Assembly: GCA_036574205.1 (NCBI GenBank)
Contig: JAINCQ010000012.1
Coordinates: forward strand, 11,434-75,433
Source of the DNA: Elusimicrobiota bacterium
Lineage (GTDB): Bacteria > Elusimicrobiota > Elusimicrobia > Elusimicrobiales > UBA9959
Direction: 5' to 3'
Length of the DNA: 64,000 bases
Below, piece by piece: positions 1-10,003 of this stretch (positions within the stretch are counted from its first letter, which is position 1; every line of letters starts with the position of its first letter). Under the pieces are notes generated by a model, which saw nothing but the letters and a program-made list of their open reading frames with translations, was not told the origin of the DNA and ran no database searches. A program made the translations under genes and the position numbers.

Positions 1-2169
1 GTTGAATCGCTTTTATTTGAGAATATGCTTTATGATCTATCTAATCCACAAAGGGAAGACAACGATATAATATCTTATGCAGCAGGACATAAAGCAATGG
101 GACTTTATGCTATGTGGGCATTAAGAAACGAACTTATTAAATCTTCTAATGAAAATCTTCTACCTCAAGATGAAAGATTTCAGTTAAGGCTTGAAGATCT
201 TCTTGGTTTTAGAAGAAATCCTGTAAATGATACTCCACTTTTTAAAAAATTTAAATCAAAAGCTCTGGATGGACACCCTTCCCCATTAACACCTTTTATA
301 AAACTTTCAACGGGCGCAAGTGGAGTTGGAATGGGATCCTCAATAGGCCTTGCTTATGGAGCAATGGATTCTTTTAGAAAAAACCCTCCAAAAATAAATA
401 TCATAGAGGGAGAAGGAGGATTTACCCCTGGCAGAGTCAGTGAGGCAATAGCTTCAGCTGCAACTTCAAGACTTTATAACGTAATACTTCATCTTGATTT
501 CAACCAAGCATCCATTGATTCAAACTCTGTGTGTTTAGAAGATAAAAATGGAGATTATGTTCAGTGGTCTCCAGATGAACTGCTTTTTATAAATGATTGG
601 AATGTTATAAATGTTGCAAACGGGCTTGATTTCTTTCAAATACTTTCAGCTCAAAAATATTCATCATTAATAGAAACAAACCAGCCAACAGCCATAATTT
701 ATAGAACAATAAAAGGATGGAAATATGGAATAGAAGGTAGGGCATCACATGGAGCAGGGCATAAATTTGCTTCAGATGGTTATTATCAAACTCTTTCAGA
801 ATTTGAAACAACTTTCAACAAAAAACTACCAAGGTATTGCGCTTCAAAACCAACGCCTGAGTCAATAGAAAAGTGTTTCTATGATACGCTTATGATTATA
901 CGGGAAACTATAAAAGAAAACAAAAAAATTTCAGAAATGGCCGCTTGTAAAATTGAAAGACTCAAAAAAAAGCTTGATGATTTAAAAAGGCAAAAAAGTG
1001 AAAAATCACCAAAAATAGAAAAAGCATATAAACTTGAAATAGATACTCCGAAAGAATTAGTTATAAAACCTCAGACGGAGATAACACTTAGAGAAGCTCT
1101 TGCAAATTCCCTGAATTATATAAACAAAATCACAGAAGGAGGGATACTTGCTTCAGCAGCAGACCTTTATGGGTCCACAAGTGTCAATCTTATAAATAAA
1201 GACTTTCCTCAAGGTTTCTATAATGCTATTTCAAATCCAGACTCAAGATTGATTACAGCCGGTGGAATATGCGAAGATGCAATGGGAGCTATTGCAAGCG
1301 GAATTAGCGCTTTTGGAAATCATATTGGGGTAACTTCATCATATGCCGCTTTTATAGCTCCACTTGAACATATATCTGCAAGGCTACATGCAATAGGACA
1401 GCAGGCAAAGCACGAACTTACAGGCAAACCATATAACCCATTTATAATGATAAATGCTCATGCCGGACCAAAAACCGGGGAAGACGGTCCTACTCATGCC
1501 GACCCTCAGGCGCTTCAACTTCTATGCGATAACTTTCCAAAAGGAACAATGATAACATTAACCCCATGGGAACCGACAGAGATATGGCCACTTATTGCCT
1601 ATTCATTAAAGTTAAGACCGGCAATAATAGCTCCTTTTGTGACAAGACCTGCTGAAAAAGTAATAAACAGACAGGAATATGGACTTCCTCCGGCGAAGGA
1701 AGCCATAAAGGGAATATATTATTTTATGAAAGCTGATGAAAAATCAAAACCATATCACGGGACTGTTGTCTTGCAGGGTAATGGTGTTGCAACTATATTT
1801 ATAAATGAGGTAATGCCTGAATTAAAAAGGTTAAAATATAACATAAATGTCTTGTATGTTACAAGTAAAGAGTTATTTGATTATCTTGATGAAGAAGAAA
1901 AAAAGAGAATATATCCCAATGAGTTGGCTAGCCATGCCATAGGTATAACTGATTTTACCATTCCAACAATGTATTTCTGGATAAGATCAGAATATGGAAT
2001 AAAAAACTCACTTCATCCATTTAAAAAAGGGAAATATCTTGGAAGCGGCAAAGGAGAAATTGTTTTGAAAGAAGCGGGGCTTGATGCTAAGTCACAACTT
2101 CTAACTATAAAAGAATATGCTAATTTTATAGAAAAAAATTATAAATTTGGGGAGGCAATATGTCTTTAA
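1..2169 (+). CDS. tkt: Transketolase-like TPP enzyme, probably 5'-truncated by the window edge
   Basis: Frame is open from base 1 (GTT GAA TCG...). Motifs YAAGHKA, LDGHP, STGASG, TPP motif GEG...N, GICEDAM and GEDGPTH are typical of transketolases. Confidence 0.8.
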   Translation, partial: VESLLFENMLYDLSNPQREDNDIISYAAGHKAMGLYAMWALRNELIKSSNENLLPQDERFQLRLEDLLGFRRNPVNDTPLFKKFKSKALDGHPSPLTPFIKLSTGASGVGMGSSIGLAYGAMDSFRKNPPKINIIEGEGGFTPGRVSEAIASAATSRLYNVILHLDFNQASIDSNSVCLEDKNGDYVQWSPDELLFINDWNVINVANGLDFFQILSAQKYSSLIETNQPTAIIYRTIKGWKYGIEGRASHGAGHKFASDGYYQTLSEFETTFNKKLPRYCASKPTPESIEKCFYDTLMIIRETIKENKKISEMAACKIERLKKKLDDLKRQKSEKSPKIEKAYKLEIDTPKELVIKPQTEITLREALANSLNYINKITEGGILASAADLYGSTSVNLINKDFPQGFYNAISNPDSRLITAGGICEDAMGAIASGISAFGNHIGVTSSYAAFIAPLEHISARLHAIGQQAKHELTGKPYNPFIMINAHAGPKTGEDGPTHADPQALQLLCDNFPKGTMITLTPWEPTEIWPLIAYSLKLRPAIIAPFVTRPAEKVINRQEYGLPPAKEAIKGIYYFMKADEKSKPYHGTVVLQGNGVATIFINEVMPELKRLKYNINVLYVTSKELFDYLDEEEKKRIYPNELASHAIGITDFTIPTMYFWIRSEYGIKNSLHPFKKGKYLGSGKGEIVLKEAGLDAKSQLLTIKEYANFIEKNYKFGEAICL

Positions 2170-2615
2170 TAGAAAAACCTTATCTTCTTGGAAGGAGTTT
2201 TGTATTTTCAATTACAAAAGGAGAAGATCTTCTTCCACTGCTTACCGATTTTTGTAAAGAAAATCAGATAAAATTCGGAATCATCACTGCTGCTATTGGA
2301 GCAGTTAATAAAGCGACATTTGGCATTTATGATCAGAAAAACAAAAAATACAATAAGATAACTATGGAAAAAGAACTTGAAATACTTTCACTTCAAGGAA
2401 ATATAAGCATTTACGAACATAAACCTATGATTCATGCTCATATTACTCTTTCAGATTCATCCGGAAATTCTTTTGGAGGGCATCTCATGTCCCCAACAAT
2501 TGTATTCTCCTGCGAGATTATGATACAGGAATTAACAGGAAGCGAACCTAAAACCAGAAAATCAGATAAATCCGTAGAACTTCTTCTGTGGCCAAATCCG
2601 CTTTCTCAAAAATGA
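2160..2615 (+). CDS. PPC/DUF296 domain protein
   Basis: AIGAV, LEILSLQGNI, HAHITLS and GGHL motifs. GGGAGG SD upstream. Confidence 0.85.
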   Translation: MSLIEKPYLLGRSFVFSITKGEDLLPLLTDFCKENQIKFGIITAAIGAVNKATFGIYDQKNKKYNKITMEKELEILSLQGNISIYEHKPMIHAHITLSDSSGNSFGGHLMSPTIVFSCEIMIQELTGSEPKTRKSDKSVELLLWPNPLSQK

Positions 2616-3514
2616 ATTTTTATTCAAATTATAAGGCGGGATTTATATCCATATCTGGCTTGCCAAATTCAGGGAAATCCACACTATTAAATGCCATATG
2701 TAAGACAAATCTTTCAGCAGTTTCTCCTAAACCACAGACTACAAGATATCATATTAAGGGAATAATAACTGAAGAAAACTATCAAATGGTCTTTATAGAC
2801 ACCCCAGGTTTTCTTACCCCAAAAACAAAGATTGAAAAAATAATGAAAACTGAAACTGATAGAGCCATAAAAGATGATGCGGATATAATTCTTTTGGTTA
2901 TAGAACCTGATACTAAATATTTTGAAAAGAATAAAGATTTTTTTATATTAATATCTAAATTTAAAAAACAAATCATTGCAGCAATAAACAAAATAGATGC
3001 ACACTCTATACAGGAAATAAATGAAATAAAAAAGGCAATAATAGAAATTTATGGCAATATTCAAATAATTGAAATATCCGCTCTTAAAAGAATAGGTCTT
3101 GATGAATTAAAAAAAAAGATAGCGGAAAATCTTCCTTTTTCCCCTCCATATTATTATGATGATATCCTTTCTGATAAGTGGGAAAGATATTTCGTATGCG
3201 AGATAATAAGAGAACAAATATTCAATTTATATCGCGATGAAATTCCATACTCAACAGAAGTAGGAATAGAATATTTTAGAGAAAATCAAACACCTCTGGA
3301 TATACTTGCTAATATATATGTTTCAAAAAAGAGTCACAAACCTATATTATTAGGACAACAGGGAAAAGCAATAAAAAAACTCAGGGAAACATCTCTGCGT
3401 AAAATAGAATCTTTTCTTGGGAAAAAGGTACGACTTGAACTTTTTGTAAAAATAAGAGAAGACTGGCAAAATGATTTAACATTCATAAACAATCTTATAA
3501 GGGATTACAAATGA
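2612..3514 (+). CDS. era: GTPase Era
   Basis: GLPNSGKSTL, KPQTTR, DTPG, NKID, EIPYS and a C-terminal KH domain. Start moved to the ATG at 2612, which forms an ATGA overlap with the previous stop. Confidence 0.93.
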   Translation: MNFYSNYKAGFISISGLPNSGKSTLLNAICKTNLSAVSPKPQTTRYHIKGIITEENYQMVFIDTPGFLTPKTKIEKIMKTETDRAIKDDADIILLVIEPDTKYFEKNKDFFILISKFKKQIIAAINKIDAHSIQEINEIKKAIIEIYGNIQIIEISALKRIGLDELKKKIAENLPFSPPYYYDDILSDKWERYFVCEIIREQIFNLYRDEIPYSTEVGIEYFRENQTPLDILANIYVSKKSHKPILLGQQGKAIKKLRETSLRKIESFLGKKVRLELFVKIREDWQNDLTFINNLIRDYK

Positions 3515-3936
3515 AAAACGTAACCATAAACAAAATAAATATTTTTTTGTTTATGGTCTGGATGGAGGTTATAATATTCGTAGTTTCTCTTATAGTTTCC
3601 TTATATATAATAAAGCCTTTTTCAAGTTTAATAATAGAAAAATATAATAATTTTACACTTTATGAGGCAATAAGAATATCTATCCTTTTTATTTTAATAA
3701 GTTTATTGCAAATTCTTTACAAAAAAATTCTTATGAGATTTTGGAAAATAAATATTAAACTGCTTTTTTTTATTATAAATTCTTCGTGGCTATCTCTTTT
3801 TCTAATTCAAAGAATTATCGGAAAAACTATGCTGGCAAAATACTCACTAATATATATCGGAATATTTTTATGTTTTATGCTTCCATACTCAACTGAATTA
3901 AAATTATTGATAAAAAATAAATCTATTAAAAATTAA
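3511..3936 (+). CDS. Hypothetical membrane protein (about 4 TM)
   Basis: Several hydrophobic segments and an ATGA overlap with the era stop. Confidence 0.6.
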   Translation: MKNVTINKINIFLFMVWMEVIIFVVSLIVSLYIIKPFSSLIIEKYNNFTLYEAIRISILFILISLLQILYKKILMRFWKINIKLLFFIINSSWLSLFLIQRIIGKTMLAKYSLIYIGIFLCFMLPYSTELKLLIKNKSIKN

Positions 3937-3951
3937 AATTATAAGCTAAAT

Positions 3952-4995
3952 TTACTTTTCCCATACCCCATATATTTCAAAGCCACATTCTGGGCAAAAA
4001 CCCTTTCCATCTTTTATAAAAAGATTATTTTCAATAAGACTCATATAACCTCTTTTAATAAGAATTGCTTTACATTTTGGACAAAAAGTAGAAGAATTTT
4101 TTGTGTTATAATTTCCTCCATAAACATAATTAAGCCCTTTTTCTTTCGCTTTTTCTATAAGTTTTTCAATTAAAACTGGATTTGTTTCTTTTATCTCGTT
4201 CATTTTATAATCAGGATGAAATTTTGTCAGATGCCAGGGGATATCAGGTGAAAGTTTCTTTATGAAATCTGCCATTTTTTCAATCTCATCTATAGAATCA
4301 TTAAACCCCTCAACTATAAGAGTAACAAACTCAACATGAATTTTATTCTTACAAATCATCTCTATAGAATCTATTAAAAAATCAAGATTTGCGCCACAAA
4401 GATGATTAAACTTTTCTTTATTAAAACTTTTAAAATCTATCTTTATAAAATCAAGAAAATTTTTTATATAATCAAAAGCCTGTTTGGTTATATAACCATT
4501 AGAAACAAAACCAGTCTTGATCTTTGGATTTTTCTTTTTAGCTAATTCAAATATATCTTTTGCCCATTCAACTGTTATAGTAGGTTCATTATATGTAGAA
4601 ACAATAATATCAAGATTATTGCTGGAAAGGATATTTAAGAAATCCGGGGGTGAGATCTCTTTTATATATATTATTTTTTCTTTTAGATTTAAAATCTGTG
4701 ATATCTCATAATTTTGACAATACAAACATCTAAAATTACACCCCAACATTCCAAAGGAAAGAGTAAAATGCCCCGGCAGAAAATGATAGAGAGGTTTTTT
4801 TTCTATCGGATCAATATTAAGAGATGAAACATACCCATAAGGAACTACTCCAACACCACCGTCATTTACTCTAACCCCACAAAAACCAGTTTTGCCTTTA
4901 TCTATGATGCATCCATGTCTACAGGCTAAACATTTTATTTTATCACCTTTATTTATAAAAAGTGGAGATTTAATTGTCATGCTATGAAAATTCAT
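3952..4995 (-). CDS. amrS: AmmeMemoRadiSam system radical SAM enzyme
   Basis: N-terminal CLACRHGC and GFCGVR, DPIEKKPLYHF, CNFRCLYCQN (CX3CX2C), TYNEP, and C-terminal CPKC/CPECG. Confidence 0.9.
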   Translation of the reverse strand: MNFHSMTIKSPLFINKGDKIKCLACRHGCIIDKGKTGFCGVRVNDGGVGVVPYGYVSSLNIDPIEKKPLYHFLPGHFTLSFGMLGCNFRCLYCQNYEISQILNLKEKIIYIKEISPPDFLNILSSNNLDIIVSTYNEPTITVEWAKDIFELAKKKNPKIKTGFVSNGYITKQAFDYIKNFLDFIKIDFKSFNKEKFNHLCGANLDFLIDSIEMICKNKIHVEFVTLIVEGFNDSIDEIEKMADFIKKLSPDIPWHLTKFHPDYKMNEIKETNPVLIEKLIEKAKEKGLNYVYGGNYNTKNSSTFCPKCKAILIKRGYMSLIENNLFIKDGKGFCPECGFEIYGVWEK

Positions 4996-5873
4996 ATCGC
5001 AAATACATTAAGACATTTATGCAAAATGCTTATTTCAATCTCACCCTCTGATAGATAATCCTCACCATCAAGATGATAAACAGTCCCTTTTGGAATTATT
5101 ATCTTAAAGTTTTTTGCTCTAAAAGATTTTACAAACTCATTTTCCAGAATCTTTGAATTAAAAAGAGAATTAATTTTTAAAAGTGTTTTAAAAAATCCCG
5201 GGTTTTCAATTACTACAAACTCCAAAAAACCATCATCAATTATCGAATTTGGGCTTATAATAGCTCCGCCACCATATTGCATCCCATTAGCTACAGTTGC
5301 TATGATTGGCTGAAAAACATATCTTTTCCCATCTATAAAAACCTTGGTTTTTTTGGGTTTAAACCTGAAATAGGAAAAAACGCCATGAATAAAATAAGGC
5401 AACAAACCTCTTAAATTAGTTTTATGATTAAAAAGATATGCGACCTCAGCATCAAACCCCATTCCACATGTTGAAATAAATATATTCCCATTTGCCAGAC
5501 CACAATCTATTTTCCTTATTTTGTTTTTAAAGATAACATCAACTGCTTTTGATATATCAAGTGGCAAAAAAAGGTTTCTTGCCAGGCCGTTACCTGAACC
5601 TGCTGGAAGTATTCCTAAATTTATATTTTCTTTTCCGACAATAATTTCAGCTACCTCTTTTATTGTTCCATCCCCTCCTGCAACAATAATATTGGGATAA
5701 CCATTGTTTACATATCTAAGAACTATCTCCTTAGAATGATTTTTATATCTGGTGTATTCTATTGAAAATAAAGCATCTTTTTTTGAAAATTTTTCCTTTA
5801 TCTTCTTCTCAATGCTTTTATTAAACTTAACGCCGGATTTTGGATTAATAATAAAAAGATATCTATTCATCAA
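4992..5873 (-). CDS. Diacylglycerol kinase family lipid kinase (YegS/BmrU type)
   Basis: INPKSG, AGGDGT, LPAGSGNGLAR, GMGFDA, YGGG, HLDGE. Confidence 0.9.
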   Translation of the reverse strand: MMNRYLFIINPKSGVKFNKSIEKKIKEKFSKKDALFSIEYTRYKNHSKEIVLRYVNNGYPNIIVAGGDGTIKEVAEIIVGKENINLGILPAGSGNGLARNLFLPLDISKAVDVIFKNKIRKIDCGLANGNIFISTCGMGFDAEVAYLFNHKTNLRGLLPYFIHGVFSYFRFKPKKTKVFIDGKRYVFQPIIATVANGMQYGGGAIISPNSIIDDGFLEFVVIENPGFFKTLLKINSLFNSKILENEFVKSFRAKNFKIIIPKGTVYHLDGEDYLSEGEIEISILHKCLNVFAI

Positions 5874-6529
5874 AAAGCATTTACTCCACTAGCCCAATCA
5901 AGCTTTTCATTAGTCTGAGATATAGAAATAAGCACATTATTTAAATCAAAATCTCCAGTTTTTGAAAGGAAAACAACATCATAAAAATAGCCTATTTTAT
6001 AGCTATCGTAATTAGATATAATTTTGTTTTCATCTAATATTGTAATATAATAAGCCGTGTTATCTGTATTATAGAGAAAATAAAGTTTTGTCTGGTTAGT
6101 TTTTTCACCTTTTAAAAGAGCAAGTTTCCCTGATATATTTTTATTCTTAAATTCCTTTGGGTTTTTCAAAAATTTATCTATCTCCTCACAATCAATAGCA
6201 TTTGAAGATTTCATATCTTTTGAATCAACAACAAAGTCATATTCATCTTCTATTGGATTTTGCTGATCAGAAATTTTATCAAGAAAATCAAGATCTTTTT
6301 TATCCGCGCTGACAGAAACGGAAGAATTTGATGAATATTCCTTTTTAATATAAACAGGAGTGTATGAAACAGTTTGTTGGGATTTTCCATAATAAACTGG
6401 CTTATAATCATTTGAAAATGAAAAAAGCCCTTTAAAGTTACCCCATTTTAATGAAATATAAATACCCATTAAAATTCCGATTATAATGAAAAAAATAGTA
6501 TTTATAAATCTAAGTTTATAAAAGTTCAT
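5870..6529 (-). CDS. Hypothetical protein with an N-terminal membrane anchor
   Basis: 219-aa ORF with a single N-terminal TM. Overlaps the lipid kinase start by 4 nt. Confidence 0.65.
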   Translation of the reverse strand: MNFYKLRFINTIFFIIIGILMGIYISLKWGNFKGLFSFSNDYKPVYYGKSQQTVSYTPVYIKKEYSSNSSVSVSADKKDLDFLDKISDQQNPIEDEYDFVVDSKDMKSSNAIDCEEIDKFLKNPKEFKNKNISGKLALLKGEKTNQTKLYFLYNTDNTAYYITILDENKIISNYDSYKIGYFYDVVFLSKTGDFDLNNVLISISQTNEKLDWASGVNAF

Positions 6530-6608
6530 AATAAAATTATATAAAATAGGATATAACTAAAAAATTAATAAATTGTTAAATTTCTCTTCTCTATTTTTAC
6601 TTTAAGCT

Positions 6609-7325
6609 TTAACTTTGCCTTTTTTCAATCTTTTCTTTTATTTTTTTGTCCCTTTCTTCAAGTTTCTTCCTAACATTTTCAAAATATTTTTCAAGTTTTT
6701 TAGCTCTTTGTTTTTCTCTCATCATTATAGTTGAAAGCCTATGCTGAATTTTTATCTCAATTTTGGTTATGTAAGCGCTTTGTCCTGGCTTTAAAGTTTT
6801 AACCTCCCCATCCTTTTCTATATCAACTAACCCTTTAAAAAGGCCAATCTCTGAATGTTCTTCATCTGAAATAATCGAAAAATTAGTTCCTCTTACTCCA
6901 CAAACAGCCTGCGGTGTTTTAACTTTATATTCCTTACTCATTTTATTAATAAAAAAAGTAGCTTTACCTATAAGATAATTATAACTCTTTTCTAATAAAG
7001 AGTTTTCCTCGGCGTTTAAATTTTTTACTCCAAAAATAAAATCAAGGAAAGAGCTATTATCCTTAATTTTTTCTTCCCGTTTTAAAATAAATTTAGTGTT
7101 CTCAAATAAAAAAACCATACTTTTGTTCTCAAGAAGTAACTGTGCCTCTGAATTAGATGATGTAATAATTGAATATCCACTCCCAATAACATCTCCTTCC
7201 TTTAAATTAATCTTTTCGTTTTTATCATTATAAAACTCCACTGTTCCGCTTGTTTTATATATTATATCCTGCGAATTAACAACAGGAACTCCCATCAATA
7301 ATAACAAACAAAGAACAAAATACAT
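6609..7325 (-). CDS. Exported FecR-domain protein with a C-terminal coiled coil
   Basis: Signal peptide, VKTPQAVCGVRGTNF FecR motif, GLVDI...LKPGQ. AAGGAGG SD. Confidence 0.8.
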   Translation of the reverse strand: MYFVLCLLLLMGVPVVNSQDIIYKTSGTVEFYNDKNEKINLKEGDVIGSGYSIITSSNSEAQLLLENKSMVFLFENTKFILKREEKIKDNSSFLDFIFGVKNLNAEENSLLEKSYNYLIGKATFFINKMSKEYKVKTPQAVCGVRGTNFSIISDEEHSEIGLFKGLVDIEKDGEVKTLKPGQSAYITKIEIKIQHRLSTIMMREKQRAKKLEKYFENVRKKLEERDKKIKEKIEKRQS

Positions 7326-7338
7326 AATTTCCTCCTTA

Positions 7339-8385
7339 TTATTTTTTATATTTAGCCATTATATAAAAATCCCTAACTTTTACAACCTCAATATCGGTGT
7401 TCTTTGAAATTATACCAATTATATCAGATGCTTTTCCTTTGTGAAGCAAAAGCTCAAAAACCGCAGTTTCCTTATCGTAATTTTTAACAACAGCAGTTCT
7501 TATTATAGGGATATTCCTGAAATATTTAATAAGATCATTGACTGAATTTAACGAAGAAACTCCATCTACTTCAAATTTAACTATTTTCTTTTGATTATAG
7601 TAATTCAATATAGAATCCTTGATATTAGGATATACCTTTTTAACACAGTTTACAGATGCATTATTTTTAGCGTCCTGTTCAGTCAAACCTATTCCACCAT
7701 TTGAAGCATTAAATCCACTTATAATCTCATCATTTTTTGTTTTTATATTTCCGCTAATTGTACAAACATATGATATAAAACCTCCAAGTCCCTCCGATGT
7801 ATTAAATTTAGTTTGTATTTTACCATCAATAATTACGTCTGAATCTTTTATATCTCCAAAAACTCTAAAACTATCATTTCTAAGATCTGAAATAAGAGCA
7901 TCTAAAGCAAAGCTTACCGCCTGTGTTTGCTCATCAATAATATTAGCATAGATAACTGGGCTTCCTATTTTCTCAACCTCGTTCTCAAATCTTTTCAATT
8001 TACTGGCAAGATCTTCTTTTCTAACATAAGCCCTTACTTTAGTTTTATAGAAATTACCATCGATATACTCTTTCAAAACTTCATACTTTTCTATATATCC
8101 CTCAGACCTTGAGGTTATTTCATCGTCTATAAGAACAGATTTTGAAACAAGGGTTTCCCCACTTATATAAACACCCACTACAAGATGAAGAGCATTTTTA
8201 AGGGCATCTGATAAAGATGTCTTCTTTGCATTATCAATATTATTATCAACTATTGGACCACTCCCCTCAGCTTCAACAATCTCAACGTTATAATCTTTAT
8301 TTAATTCAGATTTAATTATGTTTTTTCCACAGGAATTTAAAAGCAAACAAACCCCAGAAATTCCAATATAAATAACTTGCTTCAT
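7339..8385 (-). CDS. Lipoprotein with FlgT N-terminal-like domain
   Basis: Lipobox LNSC. VEAEGSG...AKKTSLSDALKNAL...VGVYISGET...SEGYIEKYEVLKE pattern resembles FlgT_N/LPP20-like domains. Confidence 0.65.
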   Translation of the reverse strand: MKQVIYIGISGVCLLLNSCGKNIIKSELNKDYNVEIVEAEGSGPIVDNNIDNAKKTSLSDALKNALHLVVGVYISGETLVSKSVLIDDEITSRSEGYIEKYEVLKEYIDGNFYKTKVRAYVRKEDLASKLKRFENEVEKIGSPVIYANIIDEQTQAVSFALDALISDLRNDSFRVFGDIKDSDVIIDGKIQTKFNTSEGLGGFISYVCTISGNIKTKNDEIISGFNASNGGIGLTEQDAKNNASVNCVKKVYPNIKDSILNYYNQKKIVKFEVDGVSSLNSVNDLIKYFRNIPIIRTAVVKNYDKETAVFELLLHKGKASDIIGIISKNTDIEVVKVRDFYIMAKYKK

Positions 8386-8490
8386 AAAACCTCTCTAATA
8401 AAATGTTGCTTATAATTGTCAGTAATAACTTCTTAACGCTGTAAATATTCTGATATATTTACTGACTTAAATAATACTTTTTAAAGATAA

Positions 8491-8940
8491 TTATTCAATT
8501 ATCTTCAAACCCATATCTTTTAGATATTTTTTATCCAATCTAAGCACAACAACGCATCCATCATCAGCCGTCCATTCTGTCCTTACTATCTGAGCTCCTT
8601 TTATAAGAGCATCTATTTTGGTGGCAAGCAGTGAATCTGTTTCAATTGCCTTTTCAACTGTTATTCCACCTTCAAGCTGAATACCTTTTATTACACTAAG
8701 CATATTATACTGTCCGTTTACTATTGCGGCGTTTCTTGAGGTAGCCATTTTTTGCGTTTTATTTTCAAGAGTCTGATCTGCCGCGCCAATTCCTCTGGCA
8801 AATATATAGTTTTTAGTTACTCCTTCTTCAACCCATTCCCTTTCTATTTCTCCACTTTTTGAAACCATTCCTTTATCAGGACTTGATTTACAGCCTGCCA
8901 TTAATAAGAAGCCCATTGCTATTAAGCAGATTTTTTTCAT
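8491..8940 (-). CDS. LPP20 family lipoprotein
   Basis: Lipobox LMAGC, ARGIGAA, IKGIQLEG...IDALIKGAQIV. GAGGAGG SD. Confidence 0.75.
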   Translation of the reverse strand: MKKICLIAMGFLLMAGCKSSPDKGMVSKSGEIEREWVEEGVTKNYIFARGIGAADQTLENKTQKMATSRNAAIVNGQYNMLSVIKGIQLEGGITVEKAIETDSLLATKIDALIKGAQIVRTEWTADDGCVVVLRLDKKYLKDMGLKIIE

Positions 8941-8965
8941 ATTACCTCCTCTTATCCTATTAATA

Positions 8966-9013
8966 ATTTTAACATTTAAGTATATTGACAGTCAATTTGT
9001 TTTTTTGTATCAT
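8966..9013. promoter_or_regulatory. Bidirectional sigma70-type promoter with overlapping -35 boxes
   Basis: + strand: TTGACA (8985-8990), 17 bp, TATCAT (9008-9013). - strand: TTGACT (8995-8990), 18 bp, TAAAAT (8971-8966) with an extended TG. Palindrome ATTGACAGTCAAT at 8984-8996. Confidence 0.7.
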
Positions 9014-9100
9014 CTATTTAAATGCAGATCTTTAAAAGCTTGAATTTAATTTTAATTGAATTTAGGCTTTTACCTTATCTTTTTTAAAACCAGGAAAAAT

Positions 9101-10000
9101 ATGATAAAAGTTAAAAATGTTATTAAAAATTATGGAAATTTCAGGGCTTTAAAAGGAGTATCTTTTGAAGCTCAAAAAAACACAATAACAGCGCTTTTAG
9201 GACCAAATGGCGCTGGAAAAACTACAACGCTTAGAATACTTTCAGGATATTTATTTCCAGACGATGGCGATATAGAATATTTCGGAAAAAATTACAAAAA
9301 CTCTGATTTTAAAAATCTGATTGGTTATGTGCCTGAAAATAATCCTATTTATGAGGATTTAGAAGTAAGCGAATATCTTAACTGGATTTCAAAAATATAT
9401 GGAGTTGATTCATCAAACGTAAAAACAGTAATAGACAAATGCTCCCTTAAAGATGTGATAGGGAAAAAAATAGGAAGTTTATCAAAAGGATACAAACAAA
9501 GAGTATCTCTTGCCAAAGCTATAATACATAACCCTCCAATTCTTCTTTTAGATGAACCGACCTCAGGGCTTGATCCCAATCAGGCAAACCAGACAAAAGA
9601 ATTGATAAAAGATTTAAAAGGAGAAAAAACCGTAATAATTTCCACACACATTTTATCTGAAGCTGAAAGCATATGTGATAATATACTTATAATAAACAAA
9701 GGAGAGATACAGGCATCCGGGAAAATAGATGAGATTATAAAACAATACTCCAGAAATTCATATACACTGAAAATAGAAGGCAAAATAGAAATAGATTTTT
9801 CAGGGTTAAAAGAAATAAAAGAAATTGCCAAAACATATTATGAAAATGAAGTTCAATATATAATAGAATTTAATAATGAAAAAGATATGAGAAAAGAAAT
9901 ACTTGAATATTTAATTTCAAAGAAAATTTCGTTATTAGAATTTTATAAAAATAGAATTACTCTTGAGGAAATTTTTACAAAAATTACTAAGGAGAATTAA
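9101..10000 (+). CDS. ABC transporter ATP-binding protein (GldA-like)
   Basis: GPNGAGKTT, GYVPENNPIY, LSKGYKQRV, LLLDEPTSGLDPNQ, STHILSE. Start placed at ATG 9101. Confidence 0.9.
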   Translation: MIKVKNVIKNYGNFRALKGVSFEAQKNTITALLGPNGAGKTTTLRILSGYLFPDDGDIEYFGKNYKNSDFKNLIGYVPENNPIYEDLEVSEYLNWISKIYGVDSSNVKTVIDKCSLKDVIGKKIGSLSKGYKQRVSLAKAIIHNPPILLLDEPTSGLDPNQANQTKELIKDLKGEKTVIISTHILSEAESICDNILIINKGEIQASGKIDEIIKQYSRNSYTLKIEGKIEIDFSGLKEIKEIAKTYYENEVQYIIEFNNEKDMRKEILEYLISKKISLLEFYKNRITLEEIFTKITKEN

Positions 10001-10003
10001 TTT

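Noticed and set aside
8418..8466. Alternative hairpins (GTCAGTAA/TTACTGAC versus GTAAATAT/ATATTTAC) between the two lipoprotein genes as a riboswitch
   Set aside because: Short AT-rich stems with no recognisable riboswitch consensus.
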